This document shows positions 1 through 9,065 of a stretch of DNA of 32,000 nt, piece after piece. Position 1 is the first letter of the stretch, and each line of letters begins with the position of its first letter. The notes below the pieces were generated by a model. That model was not told the DNA's origin. It was given only the letters and a program-made list of their open reading frames with translations, and searched no databases. The stretch covers positions 270,001 to 302,000 of the forward strand of contig NC_007484.1 in the NCBI RefSeq assembly GCF_000012805.1, given 5' to 3'. Source of the stretch: Nitrosococcus oceani ATCC 19707 (GTDB lineage: Bacteria > Pseudomonadota > Gammaproteobacteria > Nitrosococcales > Nitrosococcaceae). Made by a program: the position numbers and the translations under genes.

Positions 1-452
1 ACTGGGAAATTTTGAAATAGTTTAGGGGAAAGAGATAGTTGCCGGGATCTTAATTGGAAGGGAATTCCTGCTTCCGTGAGAAATATTGCAACTTCTTCCC
101 CAGTATCAGCGAAGAGATGGAGATTAATATCTGAATATTCAGAAGCCAGTCCGCTAAGCACCGAACCAACGAGGCGCGGGTTAAAGCGGGAAAAAAAATC
201 CATTGCTTCTAATGCTGTTTGACGCAACTTTTCCACGGTAGCAGGCTGGGACTTTGATTTAAATAGGCGTAAATAGGCACCCACTGCTTGCTCTATTTCT
301 TGGTTAGTGGGCAAGTTTCTAGTATCTGCGGCACCTAGAAAGGCGGCTGCCTTGCGCTTAGCTTGATAGTAGTTCTTAATTCCGTGTTCGACCATGAACC
401 GCGCTGCCTCTGTAGCGATATATTCCCTCATTTGCTGGTCTTTTTTAGGCAT
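1..452 (-). CDS. hypothetical protein, N-terminal ~150 codons only (continues past the left edge); possibly a minimal nucleotidyltransferase-fold protein
   Basis: It is absent from the ORF track because no stop lies inside the window. My hand translation of the minus strand from ATG (452-450) stays open to the window edge: MPKKDQQMREYIATEAARFMVEHGIKNYYQAKRKAAAFLGAADTRNLPTNQEIEQAV...RLVGSVLSGLASEYSDINLHLFADTGEEVAIFL. It starts 17 nt after the ponA stop on the same strand. GS-x10-SDIN loosely resembles the G[GS]...DxD motif of Pol-beta-type nucleotidyltransferases. Confidence 0.5.
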   Translation of the reverse strand, partial: MPKKDQQMREYIATEAARFMVEHGIKNYYQAKRKAAAFLGAADTRNLPTNQEIEQAVGAYLRLFKSKSQPATVEKLRQTALEAMDFFSRFNPRLVGSVLSGLASEYSDINLHLFADTGEEVAIFLTEAGIPFQLRSRQLSLSPKLFQNFP

Positions 453-469
453 AATCGCTATCCCATTAT

Positions 470-2914
470 TTAAAATAACCGTTCGGCAACGGGGGTATCC
501 GTCTTTGTACTGCCGTCGCTGCCCTCGCTACTTGAATCATCGTATCTGGTAGGGGCGTGTCCAGCAATAAAAGTTTCAAAAATAGCATCAGAAGCATTAG
601 AGTCCGCGAGTAACCCGGTTTCAGGATCAATACGTACTGTTACCATGCCTTTAGGTGGGATAAAAGGTTTTTCTGGCGTACCATCGAGCACGGTGCCCAT
701 ATAGTTTATCCACATTGGAAGCGCTACCCGGGCGCCTGTTTCTAAACTTCCCAATGATTCGGGCTGATCAAAACCTACCCAGCAGACAGCAACGAGTTCT
801 GGATTAAAGCCAGAAAACCAAGCGTCATGTTGATCATTGGTTGTTCCCGTTTTGCCCGCTAAATCATTTCGCCCAAGTTTTTTAGCGCGCCGTCCCGTGC
901 CATGGCGAATAACATCATGCAACATGCTGTTAATAAGATAGGCATTTTGTGCTGTGATTGCCCGAGGAGCCGGGTTGAATTGAGCGGATTCGGTATTTAG
1001 TAGGTCAGCAGTGAGGGTTGGATTATAGGCTTGTGTTCGTTCCGTCTTTATTTTTTCGCAGCGTTGGCAAACTTGGGCTGGGCGCGATCGAAAAATAATT
1101 TTTCCATCCGCATTCTCGGTTCGCTCAATCAGGTAGGGCTCGATAAGATAGCCCCCGTTGGCGAAGACGGCAAAACCGCGGGCCATCTCTAGAGGAGAAG
1201 CACTACCGCTGCCTAGTGCCAAGGATAAACTTTGGGGCAATTGTTCAGCTTTAAATCCAAAATTTTGTATATATTCGATGGCATAATCAATGCCTATGGC
1301 CCGCAGCAATCGAATAGAAACCAGGTTTCTGGAGTGGGTCAAGGCTGTTCTAAGACGCGTGGGACCGTAAAAACGTCCGCTATAATTTTCCGGCCGCCAG
1401 GCATTGTCTGGCCCACCAGGTTCATCCAATACTATAGGAGCATCATTGATAATGCTCGCGGCAGTATAGCCTTTATTGAGGGCAGCGGAATAGAGAAACG
1501 GCTTGAAACTAGACCCTGGTTGCCGTTGAGATTGGGTAGCTCGATTAAATTTACTTTCATAAAAATCAAAGCCCCCACTAAGCGCGGTGATGTTTCCATT
1601 GTAAGGAGAGAGTGACACAATGGCGCCCTCTACGCGAGGTCTTTGCGCTAGCCGCCACCCTCCCTTAGGTAGTGCTTCCACCCAAATAAGATCCCCTGCT
1701 TTGAGAATATCTGCGGCCTGCTTTGGTTTTTCCCCGACTGCGTTGACTTCGAGATAGGGCTGGGCCCAAGATAGCCCTTCCCAGGTGAGCATAGCCTCAC
1801 CGTCGGTTTTTGTGTAAATCCGGCTAGTTCGTTCGTCCGTCGCTAGTACCAGGGCTGGCACTAGACCATTGGCTAATCTGCGTTGCGAGAGAGCCTGCTG
1901 ATAGAATATCTCGCCGGCGTCTACCGGCAATTCGATATGCCGTTCTGGCCCGCGAAAACCATGCCGTCGATCATAGTCAAGCAGAGCCTTTCGTAAGGCG
2001 TCATTTGCAGCTTTCTGATGCTCTGCTTTGATTGTTGTATAAACATTATACCCAGCCGTATAAATATCAGAGCCATATTTTTCAAACATTTGGCTTCGTG
2101 CCATTTCTGCTACGAAAGGGGCGTTTAGCTCGATAGGCAATTCATGAAATTTTGCCGTAGCGGGCTGAGCTGCTGCATCCTGATAGGTTTCAGGATCTAT
2201 ATATCCAACTTCACGCATACGCCGGAGTACATAATTTCTCCGTAGCAGAGCTCGTTTCTGGTTTGCTATAGGATTATACCGGGAAGGTGCTTTCGGTAAA
2301 CCAGCAATCATAGCGAGCTGCGATAGCTCAAGTTTATCCAGAGTCGTGCCGTAATATACCTGGGCAGCGGCTGCAGCGCCATAAGCGCGATTGCCAAGGT
2401 AAATCTTATTTAGATAGAGCTCGATGATGTCCTGTTTACTAAGTTCTCGTTCGATCTGGAGGGCAAGCAGTATTTCATTAAATTTACGTAGGTAGGTTTT
2501 TTCTCTACTTAAGAAAAAATTACGGGCAACTTGCATAGTAATAGTGCTGCCGCCTTGGGCTTTTTTGCCCGTTTTTACCAGATATAAGGCAGCGCGAAGG
2601 ATACCTTGATAATCGACACCCGGGTGCTCATAGAAACGATCATCCTCTGCAGCCAATATAGCTTTGACCAGCAGATCTGGAAATTGTTCGAAAGCTAGCG
2701 GAATACGGCGTTTTTCTCCATATTGAGCAATAAGTTTCTTATCGTGGGAATAAATTCTGAGGGGAACTTGGAGATGAATGTTCTTAAGAGTATCAGTAGA
2801 GGGTAGCTGAGGTAAGAGATAAAAATACATCCCCACAGCAACAAGGATACCAACTGTTGTGGCGGTAAGCAACAAGAGCACCATCCAGCGGAATAGGCGA
2901 AGGAGATATGTCAT
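470..2914 (-). CDS. ponA: penicillin-binding protein 1A (bifunctional glycosyltransferase/transpeptidase)
   Basis: The track ORF 470..2986 begins at a TTG. The first ATG at 2914 gives MTYLLRLFRWMVLLLL..., a short tail plus a single TM anchor typical of class A PBPs. GT51 motifs are present (AAEDDRFYEHPG, GGSTITMQ, RKFNE). Transpeptidase motifs are SxxK (SSFKP), SxN (SRN) and KTG (KTGTT). Confidence 0.93.
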   Translation of the reverse strand: MTYLLRLFRWMVLLLLTATTVGILVAVGMYFYLLPQLPSTDTLKNIHLQVPLRIYSHDKKLIAQYGEKRRIPLAFEQFPDLLVKAILAAEDDRFYEHPGVDYQGILRAALYLVKTGKKAQGGSTITMQVARNFFLSREKTYLRKFNEILLALQIERELSKQDIIELYLNKIYLGNRAYGAAAAAQVYYGTTLDKLELSQLAMIAGLPKAPSRYNPIANQKRALLRRNYVLRRMREVGYIDPETYQDAAAQPATAKFHELPIELNAPFVAEMARSQMFEKYGSDIYTAGYNVYTTIKAEHQKAANDALRKALLDYDRRHGFRGPERHIELPVDAGEIFYQQALSQRRLANGLVPALVLATDERTSRIYTKTDGEAMLTWEGLSWAQPYLEVNAVGEKPKQAADILKAGDLIWVEALPKGGWRLAQRPRVEGAIVSLSPYNGNITALSGGFDFYESKFNRATQSQRQPGSSFKPFLYSAALNKGYTAASIINDAPIVLDEPGGPDNAWRPENYSGRFYGPTRLRTALTHSRNLVSIRLLRAIGIDYAIEYIQNFGFKAEQLPQSLSLALGSGSASPLEMARGFAVFANGGYLIEPYLIERTENADGKIIFRSRPAQVCQRCEKIKTERTQAYNPTLTADLLNTESAQFNPAPRAITAQNAYLINSMLHDVIRHGTGRRAKKLGRNDLAGKTGTTNDQHDAWFSGFNPELVAVCWVGFDQPESLGSLETGARVALPMWINYMGTVLDGTPEKPFIPPKGMVTVRIDPETGLLADSNASDAIFETFIAGHAPTRYDDSSSEGSDGSTKTDTPVAERLF

Positions 2915-3131
2915 GAAAATTAATAGGCAAGTATGCAGTTTATACCGAAGGAGCAGAGCTACACATAGTATAAAACGTATACCCAACTTAAGCTATAACC
3001 TTGATGCAGTGCCCGAGTTCAGCATAAGAAAATCTCTGAGATCAGTCTGGTAAGTTAACAAAAATTTTTGTGAAACTCAGGTGAAGTAAAAGTGCTACTT
3101 CAGGTAGAGAAAATATTGGCGGGTGCATTTT

Positions 3132-4250
3132 ATGCTTAATTCATTGGTTCGTGTTAGCAATAATTGGTTGAACTTTAGGGACAACTCATTGAGCTATTTT
3201 CTCCGAAAATCCCCTTCTTTGTTGGGAATAGATATCAGTTCTTCCGCTATTAAATTGCTTGAGCTCAGCCGAAAGGGAGAGCGTATTTGTGTAGAAAATT
3301 ATGCGATTGAAGCTTTGCCGCCTCATACCGTAGTTGAGAATAAAATTGAAAATGTAGAAGCGCTGGGTGAAACAATTAAAAGGGCGGTTAAACGTTCGGG
3401 AACACGGACTAAGAAGGTGGCTGCCGCCGTCACTGGATCAGCGGTGATTACTAAGACCATCTCAGTTCCAAATGCTCTTTCAAATAGGGAGCTGGAAAGT
3501 CATATTGAGCTAGAGGCAGGGCAATATATTCCCTATCCACTAGAAGAAGTTAATCTAGATTTTGCAGTACTGGGACCTTCAGAAAAAGATTCTGAAAGGG
3601 TAGATGTATTGCTTGCTGCTTGCCGTAGCGAAAACATTGAATCGCGAGTAGCATCGTTGGAGTTAGCAGGTTTAACGCCGGCAGTAATCGATGTCGAAGC
3701 TTATGCTATGGAAAAAGTTTTTCCTTTGATTGCGGGTCAGATGTCAAGCCGGGGGAAAGGGCAAACTATTGCCGTTGTTGACGCGGGGGCAACGCTAACT
3801 ACTATTAATGTATTGCATGATTATAAAATTATCTATACGCGAGAGCAGATCTTTGGCGGTAATCAGCTTACGGAAGAAATACAAAGGCGGTACGGCTTGT
3901 CCTATGAGGAGGCTAATTTAGCGAAGCGCCAGGGGGGGTTGCCGGATAATTATATTCCCGAGATTTTAGATCCTTTCAAAAAATCAATCGCGCAACAGGT
4001 TAGCCGCGCTTTCCAATTTTTCTTCTCTTCAACCCAGTATAACGATGTTGACCATGTGATATTAGCAGGTGGATGTGCCTCTATTCCAGGCGTGGATGAG
4101 TTGATTGAGCATATGGTGGGTACGGCTGTTTCGGTCGCTAATCCTTTTTCTGATATGGTGCTGGGATCTCAGATAGAAGCTAAAGCGCTACGCAATGATG
4201 CTCCAGCTTTAATGACTTCTTGTGGCTTGGCACTTAGGAGTTTCGACTAA
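3132..4250 (+). CDS. pilM: type IV pilus assembly protein PilM (actin-like ATPase fold)
   Basis: The track ORF starts at GTG 3123 and the first ATG is at 3132. The N-terminal LLGIDISSSAIKLLELS is the typical PilM start. The gene is divergent from ponA. Its stop overlaps the pilN ATG (TAATG at 4248-4252). Confidence 0.9.
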   Translation: MLNSLVRVSNNWLNFRDNSLSYFLRKSPSLLGIDISSSAIKLLELSRKGERICVENYAIEALPPHTVVENKIENVEALGETIKRAVKRSGTRTKKVAAAVTGSAVITKTISVPNALSNRELESHIELEAGQYIPYPLEEVNLDFAVLGPSEKDSERVDVLLAACRSENIESRVASLELAGLTPAVIDVEAYAMEKVFPLIAGQMSSRGKGQTIAVVDAGATLTTINVLHDYKIIYTREQIFGGNQLTEEIQRRYGLSYEEANLAKRQGGLPDNYIPEILDPFKKSIAQQVSRAFQFFFSSTQYNDVDHVILAGGCASIPGVDELIEHMVGTAVSVANPFSDMVLGSQIEAKALRNDAPALMTSCGLALRSFD

Positions 4251-4825
4251 TGGTCCGCATCAACCTACTGCCTTGGCGGGAAGCTCAGCGCAAGGAACGG
4301 GAAAAACGATTTCACCTTGCTTTAGGTCTTGCCGCGGTTCTCGCAGCCGGTACAGTTTTTTATATTAACTCATATATTAACGGTTTAATAGAAAATCAAA
4401 TTCAGAGAAATAAATATTTGCAAGATCAGATAGCTATTGTAGATAAAAAAATACGCAAGATTAAGGATTTGGAAAAAGAAAAAAAGAAACTTCTTGCACG
4501 TATGGAAATAATTCAGCAGCTTCAGAGTAGCCGTCCCCAAATTGTCCATGTTTTCGATAAGATAGTACGAGCTCTGCCTGATGGAATTTATCTAGAAAGC
4601 ATAAAACGCCAAGAACATACCAATATGCTAAATGGTGTGGCCACCTCAAACGCGCGTGTTTCTGTCCTTATGCGTAATTTAGATGCTTCTCCAGTATTTA
4701 GAAATCCTAGATTAGACGTCATCCAGAGAACGGGAAATAAACAACGATCCGTACGTAAATTTACGCTCCGTGTAGATGAGAATCCACAACTTTCGGATAG
4801 TAATGAAAGCATGGGGACACTGTAA
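4250..4825 (+). CDS. pilN: type IV pilus assembly protein PilN
   Basis: 191 aa with MVRINLLPWREAQRKE followed by a single TM (LALGLAAVLAAGTVFYI), the canonical PilN N-terminus. It is translationally coupled on both sides by TAATG overlaps. Confidence 0.88.
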   Translation: MVRINLLPWREAQRKEREKRFHLALGLAAVLAAGTVFYINSYINGLIENQIQRNKYLQDQIAIVDKKIRKIKDLEKEKKKLLARMEIIQQLQSSRPQIVHVFDKIVRALPDGIYLESIKRQEHTNMLNGVATSNARVSVLMRNLDASPVFRNPRLDVIQRTGNKQRSVRKFTLRVDENPQLSDSNESMGTL

Positions 4826-5433
4826 TGAATTTATCAGATTTTAATGAACTTGATTTCAGTGAGATAGGTGATTGGCCGACTGTGGCGAAAGCCATTGCAG
4901 TGCTGTTGATTTTTGCTTCAGTGGTAGGTGGTGGTTATTGGTTTTTTACTAAAGATGAAATTTTGCAACTCGAAGACTTTAAAAAAAAAGAACCAGGATT
5001 AAAAGCTACCTTTGAAGCTAAGCAAGCAAAGGCGGCAAACTTAGAATCCTACGAGAAGCAAATGGAAGAAATGAAACTTTCTTTTGGCACGATGTTACGG
5101 CAATTACCTAGTAAGACAGAAGTTGCTGATCTGTTAGTCGATATCTCTCAAACAGGATTGTCCAGTGGGTTGGAGTTTGAATTTTTTAAGCCGAGTTCGG
5201 AATTACCAGCAGATTTTTATGCCGAACTACCCATTCAGATTCGGGTTATTGGTAATTACCACCAATTTGGAGAGTTTGTGAGCAAGGTGGCAGCTCTTCC
5301 CCGCATTGTAACTTTACATAATTTTGCTATCGAAAATCAGGATAAGGAGTCGGGAAAGTTGGCTATGGATATTACTGCTAAAACTTACCGTTACTTTGCC
5401 GAAGATGAGACTACGGCTGCGACAAGGAACTGA
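4825..5433 (+). CDS. pilO: type IV pilus assembly protein PilO
   Basis: 202 aa with one N-terminal TM (AIAVLLIFASVVGGGYWFF) followed by a coiled-coil-like segment. It sits in the third position of the pilMNOPQ order. Confidence 0.88.
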   Translation: MNLSDFNELDFSEIGDWPTVAKAIAVLLIFASVVGGGYWFFTKDEILQLEDFKKKEPGLKATFEAKQAKAANLESYEKQMEEMKLSFGTMLRQLPSKTEVADLLVDISQTGLSSGLEFEFFKPSSELPADFYAELPIQIRVIGNYHQFGEFVSKVAALPRIVTLHNFAIENQDKESGKLAMDITAKTYRYFAEDETTAATRN

Positions 5434-5446
5434 AGGCGAGGTAATA

Positions 5447-6025
5447 ATGAGCTATACGAGGCATATTAAAAGGTGGACGATATTGAATCGTCAGGTAGGA
5501 ATTGCAAGTTTGCTTGGTATCTTCTCTGTAACATTATCAGGTTGTAATGATGAAGAGATGATAGATCTGAAGCAATATGTGCAGCAGGTGAAATCTCGCC
5601 CTCGGGGAATTATTGAATCCTTGCCAGAAATAAAACCCCACGAAACCTTTATCTATCAAGCAGCAGAACTTCGCAACCCCTTTGTCTCTGCCGTCGTAGA
5701 TCTTCCGTTGGAAACCATCGCGCAGGCCAGCCCCACGCTTGAAAATACCCTTAAACCTAACCTAAAGCGGCATAAAGAGATTTTGGAGGAATATGCTCTC
5801 GAGTCTCTCAGAATGGTTGGTATGCTTGAACAGGGAATGGAAATTTGGGCCATTATACGTGCCTCTGATGGGATTTTATACCGTGTAAAAAAAGGCAATC
5901 ATATAGGACGAAACTATGGAAAGATTACTCATATTAATGAAGAAAAAATTGAATTCACCGAAATTGTTCCTGACGAACAAGGTGGTTGGTTAACACGCCA
6001 GAATATGCTGGCATTAGCGGAATAA
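5447..6025 (+). CDS. pilP: type IV pilus assembly lipoprotein PilP
   Basis: The track ORF 5324..6025 overlaps pilO. The internal ATG at 5447 is preceded by GAGG (5437-5440). It gives MSYTRHIKRW...LLGIFSVTLSGC with a canonical lipobox (LSGC). Confidence 0.85.
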   Translation: MSYTRHIKRWTILNRQVGIASLLGIFSVTLSGCNDEEMIDLKQYVQQVKSRPRGIIESLPEIKPHETFIYQAAELRNPFVSAVVDLPLETIAQASPTLENTLKPNLKRHKEILEEYALESLRMVGMLEQGMEIWAIIRASDGILYRVKKGNHIGRNYGKITHINEEKIEFTEIVPDEQGGWLTRQNMLALAE

Positions 6026-6041
6026 TGATAAGGGGAAGCCA

Positions 6042-8141
6042 ATGAAGCCGGCGCATAAAATCGTTCCACATGATTCGAGGAAAGCGTACAGAGAACGCTG
6101 TTTCCTGCCTGCCTTGATAGGGTTGCTGCTTCTGTGTTGGCTGCCCTGTATAACCTTTGCCGCTACCAAATTGCAGGGCATTGAATACTCATCTTTACCC
6201 GGTGAGGGTGTTCAACTTCGGTTGGAGTTCTCAGCGCCTGTTGCTGAGCCTACATTTTTTGCAATTGATGACCCTGCTCGCATCGTACTAGATTTCCCCA
6301 GGGTCAAAATTGGTACAGTGCGTCAGTCCCAGGTGATTGGAGCAGGGATGACGCGCAGTGTCACTATGGTAGAGGCAGCTGATCGCACCCGGGTTGTCGT
6401 TAATTTAGTTCAGAGCGTACCTTTTGAAACTCGAGTGGATAAAAACTTCGTTTATGTTACCGTGAACGGTTTTCCTGCTGCCGCCTCGGCTGAAAAAAGT
6501 GGCGCTGCTCCTACTGGACGTCATTTAATCAAAAATATCGACTTTCGGCGAGGCGAAGCCGGTGAAGGCCGGGTTATTGTATCCCTCTCAGATATCCGGA
6601 CCCCAGTGGATATCCGAGAGGAGGGGAAACGTATTATTGTTGATTTTATTAATACGGCGCTACCCAATGAGCTTGAGCGGCGTCTCGATGTTTTGGACTT
6701 TGCGACGCCGGTTAAACTCGTCGATACTTTTACCAAGAATCAGAATGTTCGTATGGTGATTACTCCGGCAAATGTTGAACATGAGTATCTTTCTTATCAG
6801 TCTGACGATACGCTGGTTGTCGAGCTTAAACCGCTTACTAAAAAGGAAAAGGAATTAGCTAGGAAAAAAGAATTCGGTTATGTGGGCGAAAAACTTTCCC
6901 TGAATTTCCAGAGCATTGAAGTTCGATCCGTATTGCAGTTGATTGCCGATTTCACGGGTCTTAACCTGGTGGCAAGTGATACGGTACAAGGGAGTGTGAC
7001 GTTGCGGCTTAAAAATGTACCCTGGGATCAAGCCCTGGATATTATTTTGAGAACCAAGGGGTTAGCTATGCGCCGTATGGGTAACGTCGTTTTGGTCGCG
7101 CCGAGCCAAGAGATTGCCGACCGTGAAAAGTTGGAGTTGGAAGCCAGAAAACAGGTGGAAGAACTAGCGCCCCTAGGCTCTGAGTTTATCCAGGTTAATT
7201 TTGCCAAGGCTAGCAATCTTGCTGCGCTTATTCAATCGGAGGAAAACTCTCTTTTGTCGCCACGGGGTCATGCGACGTTCGATGAACGGACCAATACTCT
7301 ATTGGTTATGGATACGGCAGATAGGCTTGCTGCGCTTCGAAAGCTAGTTGCTAGCTTGGATATTCCAGTACGGCAAGTGCTTATTGAATCTCGTGTGGTT
7401 ATTGCAAGTAGCGATTTTAGTAGAGATTTAGGCGTTCGTTTTGGTTTGAGCGGACGAGGAGACACTAGTGGGACTTTCGATCAAGCAACGACTTCAGGTT
7501 CATTGAATGGTACGACTCAGATTATCAATCGGGAAACTCTGGAGCTTCAGGATCGGCTAAATGTCAATTTTCCTGTGACCAAAAAGGACGCAGCGAAGAT
7601 TGCCCTTGCTTTGACGAATCTGCCCCTAGGCGCTTTACTAGAATTAGAGCTTTCAGCGCTTCAGGCGGAAGGGCGCGGCGAAGTAATTTCTAACCCGCGG
7701 GTTATTACCTCTAATCAAAAAGAAGCCATAATTGAGCAGGGTACCGAAATTCCCTATCAGCGGGCTTCCTCTAGCGGGGCTACCTCTGTATCTTTTAAAA
7801 AGGCAGTGCTTAGCTTAACGGTGACTCCTCAAATTACCCCTGATGACAGGATCATTATGGATCTCGGTGTAACGAAGGATAGCGTAGGTAAAGTGTTTAA
7901 CGGGGTGCCGAGTATTAATACCCGTAAGGTCGCCACTCAGGTGTTGGTAAATAACGGTCAAACAGTTGTGCTCGGCGGAATTTACGAGCAAGAGAAGAAT
8001 CGGGCGGTTCGGCGGATACCTTTTCTTGGAGATTTACCGTATGCGGGAATCTTATTTCGCGATAAATCAGAGTTTAACAACAAAAGAGAACTGCTTATAT
8101 TTGTGACCCCCAAGATTATCAAGGAGGGAGCAAGACTGTAA
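6042..8141 (+). CDS. pilQ: type IV pilus secretin PilQ
   Basis: 699 aa with a signal-like N-terminus and two AMIN-like N-terminal repeats (IVLDFP..., IIVDFIN...). The C-terminal secretin core is present (VLVNNGQTVVLGGIYEQE...IPFLGDLPYAGILFR...ELLIFVTPKII). Confidence 0.93.
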   Translation: MKPAHKIVPHDSRKAYRERCFLPALIGLLLLCWLPCITFAATKLQGIEYSSLPGEGVQLRLEFSAPVAEPTFFAIDDPARIVLDFPRVKIGTVRQSQVIGAGMTRSVTMVEAADRTRVVVNLVQSVPFETRVDKNFVYVTVNGFPAAASAEKSGAAPTGRHLIKNIDFRRGEAGEGRVIVSLSDIRTPVDIREEGKRIIVDFINTALPNELERRLDVLDFATPVKLVDTFTKNQNVRMVITPANVEHEYLSYQSDDTLVVELKPLTKKEKELARKKEFGYVGEKLSLNFQSIEVRSVLQLIADFTGLNLVASDTVQGSVTLRLKNVPWDQALDIILRTKGLAMRRMGNVVLVAPSQEIADREKLELEARKQVEELAPLGSEFIQVNFAKASNLAALIQSEENSLLSPRGHATFDERTNTLLVMDTADRLAALRKLVASLDIPVRQVLIESRVVIASSDFSRDLGVRFGLSGRGDTSGTFDQATTSGSLNGTTQIINRETLELQDRLNVNFPVTKKDAAKIALALTNLPLGALLELELSALQAEGRGEVISNPRVITSNQKEAIIEQGTEIPYQRASSSGATSVSFKKAVLSLTVTPQITPDDRIIMDLGVTKDSVGKVFNGVPSINTRKVATQVLVNNGQTVVLGGIYEQEKNRAVRRIPFLGDLPYAGILFRDKSEFNNKRELLIFVTPKIIKEGARL

Positions 8142-8163
8142 TTCGCTAGAAACTTTTATGCTT

Positions 8164-8210
8164 AAACGAAAAAGCTGGATTTTTATAAAAATCCAGCTTT
8201 TTCGTTTTTA
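8164..8210 (+). terminator. intrinsic (potentially bidirectional) terminator after pilQ
   Basis: A perfect 44-nt palindrome spans 8164-8207 (aaacgaaaaagctggattttta|taaaaatccagctttttcgttt). The GC core is GCTGGA/TCCAGC, with an A-tract upstream and a T-rich tail (TTTTTCGTTTTT) downstream. It begins 23 nt after the pilQ stop. Confidence 0.7.
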
Positions 8211-8466
8211 TCGTTGCTACGGTACAATAACTCACTTGTTATTATGTCTTTTACTAAAAAGCGCTTAGGATGGGAAGTGTCAGTCTTTATACAAAGTATC
8301 CCGGTAAATTTTCGCCTTGGGATCTGTATCGCTTTGTACGAGCAGCCTATTTCACAGGCATAGGGTTATTCCCATGCAAAGAGGGACGGTTACCCGCGTG
8401 TGCAGGGACGTTGCACCGGAGGGCAAATCTATCTAGCAGGGGTGAATAGGGCTTTATTAAACGGCC

Positions 8467-9039
8467 ATGCTTAATTTTAATATTTTCCTTGTGGGTCCCA
8501 TGGGGTCCGGTAAAACGACCATTGGCCGGTATCTAGCTAGGATAACGGGTAAGAACTTTTATGATAGCGATCGTGAAATTGAATCCCGTACCGGGGTTAG
8601 CATTCCCGTTATTTTTGAAATTGAGGGGGAAAGTGGTTTTCGGCAACGCGAATGTAAGATTATTGCTGAGCTTGTCCAACTAAACAATATTGTATTGGCT
8701 ACCGGAGGGGGGGCTGTACTTGCCGCCGAGAATCGGCGGGAATTATCTCAGCGGGGAATCGTCGTTTATTTATATGCGCCGCCAAAGCAGCTGTATCGTC
8801 GCACCTCGCATGATAACAATCGCCCTTTATTGCGGACAGGAAATCCGTTAGAACGCTTGAAGTGCTTGCTTAAAGAACGTGATCCCCTCTATCGGGAGGT
8901 GGCGGATGTTATCATTAAAACCGGTAAACAACCTGTTAAGGCGGTTGCGAATGAGGTACTCAGGCAACTTAGACAGTATAAAGGCGGTGCTCCCCAGAGA
9001 AAATCTTTCGTGCATGTTAAAAGTAATAAAGGTGCTTAA
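8467..9039 (+). CDS. aroK: shikimate kinase
   Basis: 190 aa. The N-terminal NIFLVGPMGSGKTTIGR is the Walker A of AroK. The gene holds the conserved position between pilQ and aroB. Confidence 0.93.
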   Translation: MLNFNIFLVGPMGSGKTTIGRYLARITGKNFYDSDREIESRTGVSIPVIFEIEGESGFRQRECKIIAELVQLNNIVLATGGGAVLAAENRRELSQRGIVVYLYAPPKQLYRRTSHDNNRPLLRTGNPLERLKCLLKERDPLYREVADVIIKTGKQPVKAVANEVLRQLRQYKGGAPQRKSFVHVKSNKGA

Positions 9040-9065
9040 AAAGCTAGCTTTAGCTTTTAAAAGCT

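Noticed and set aside
1232-1620. 127-aa (+) and 62-aa (-) ORFs nested inside ponA
   Set aside because: They lie entirely within or antisense to a gene with unambiguous PBP1A motifs. They have no SD and a composition typical of out-of-frame translation.
5324-5446. N-terminal extension of the pilP ORF overlapping pilO
   Set aside because: The extension overlaps pilO in another frame and has no signal peptide. The internal ATG 5447 has an SD and yields a canonical lipoprotein signal (LSGC).
8244-8363. 39-codon ORF (MSFTKKRLGWEV...) in the pilQ-aroK spacer
   Set aside because: It has no SD and no recognisable features. Its length is within chance expectation for this spacer.
9039-9058. Hairpin AAAAGCTA-GCTT-TAGCTTTT between aroK and aroB
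   Set aside because: The stem is 8 bp and mostly A/T, with no flanking U-tract beyond the stem itself. It is unlikely to be a functional terminator inside a conserved aroKB pair.
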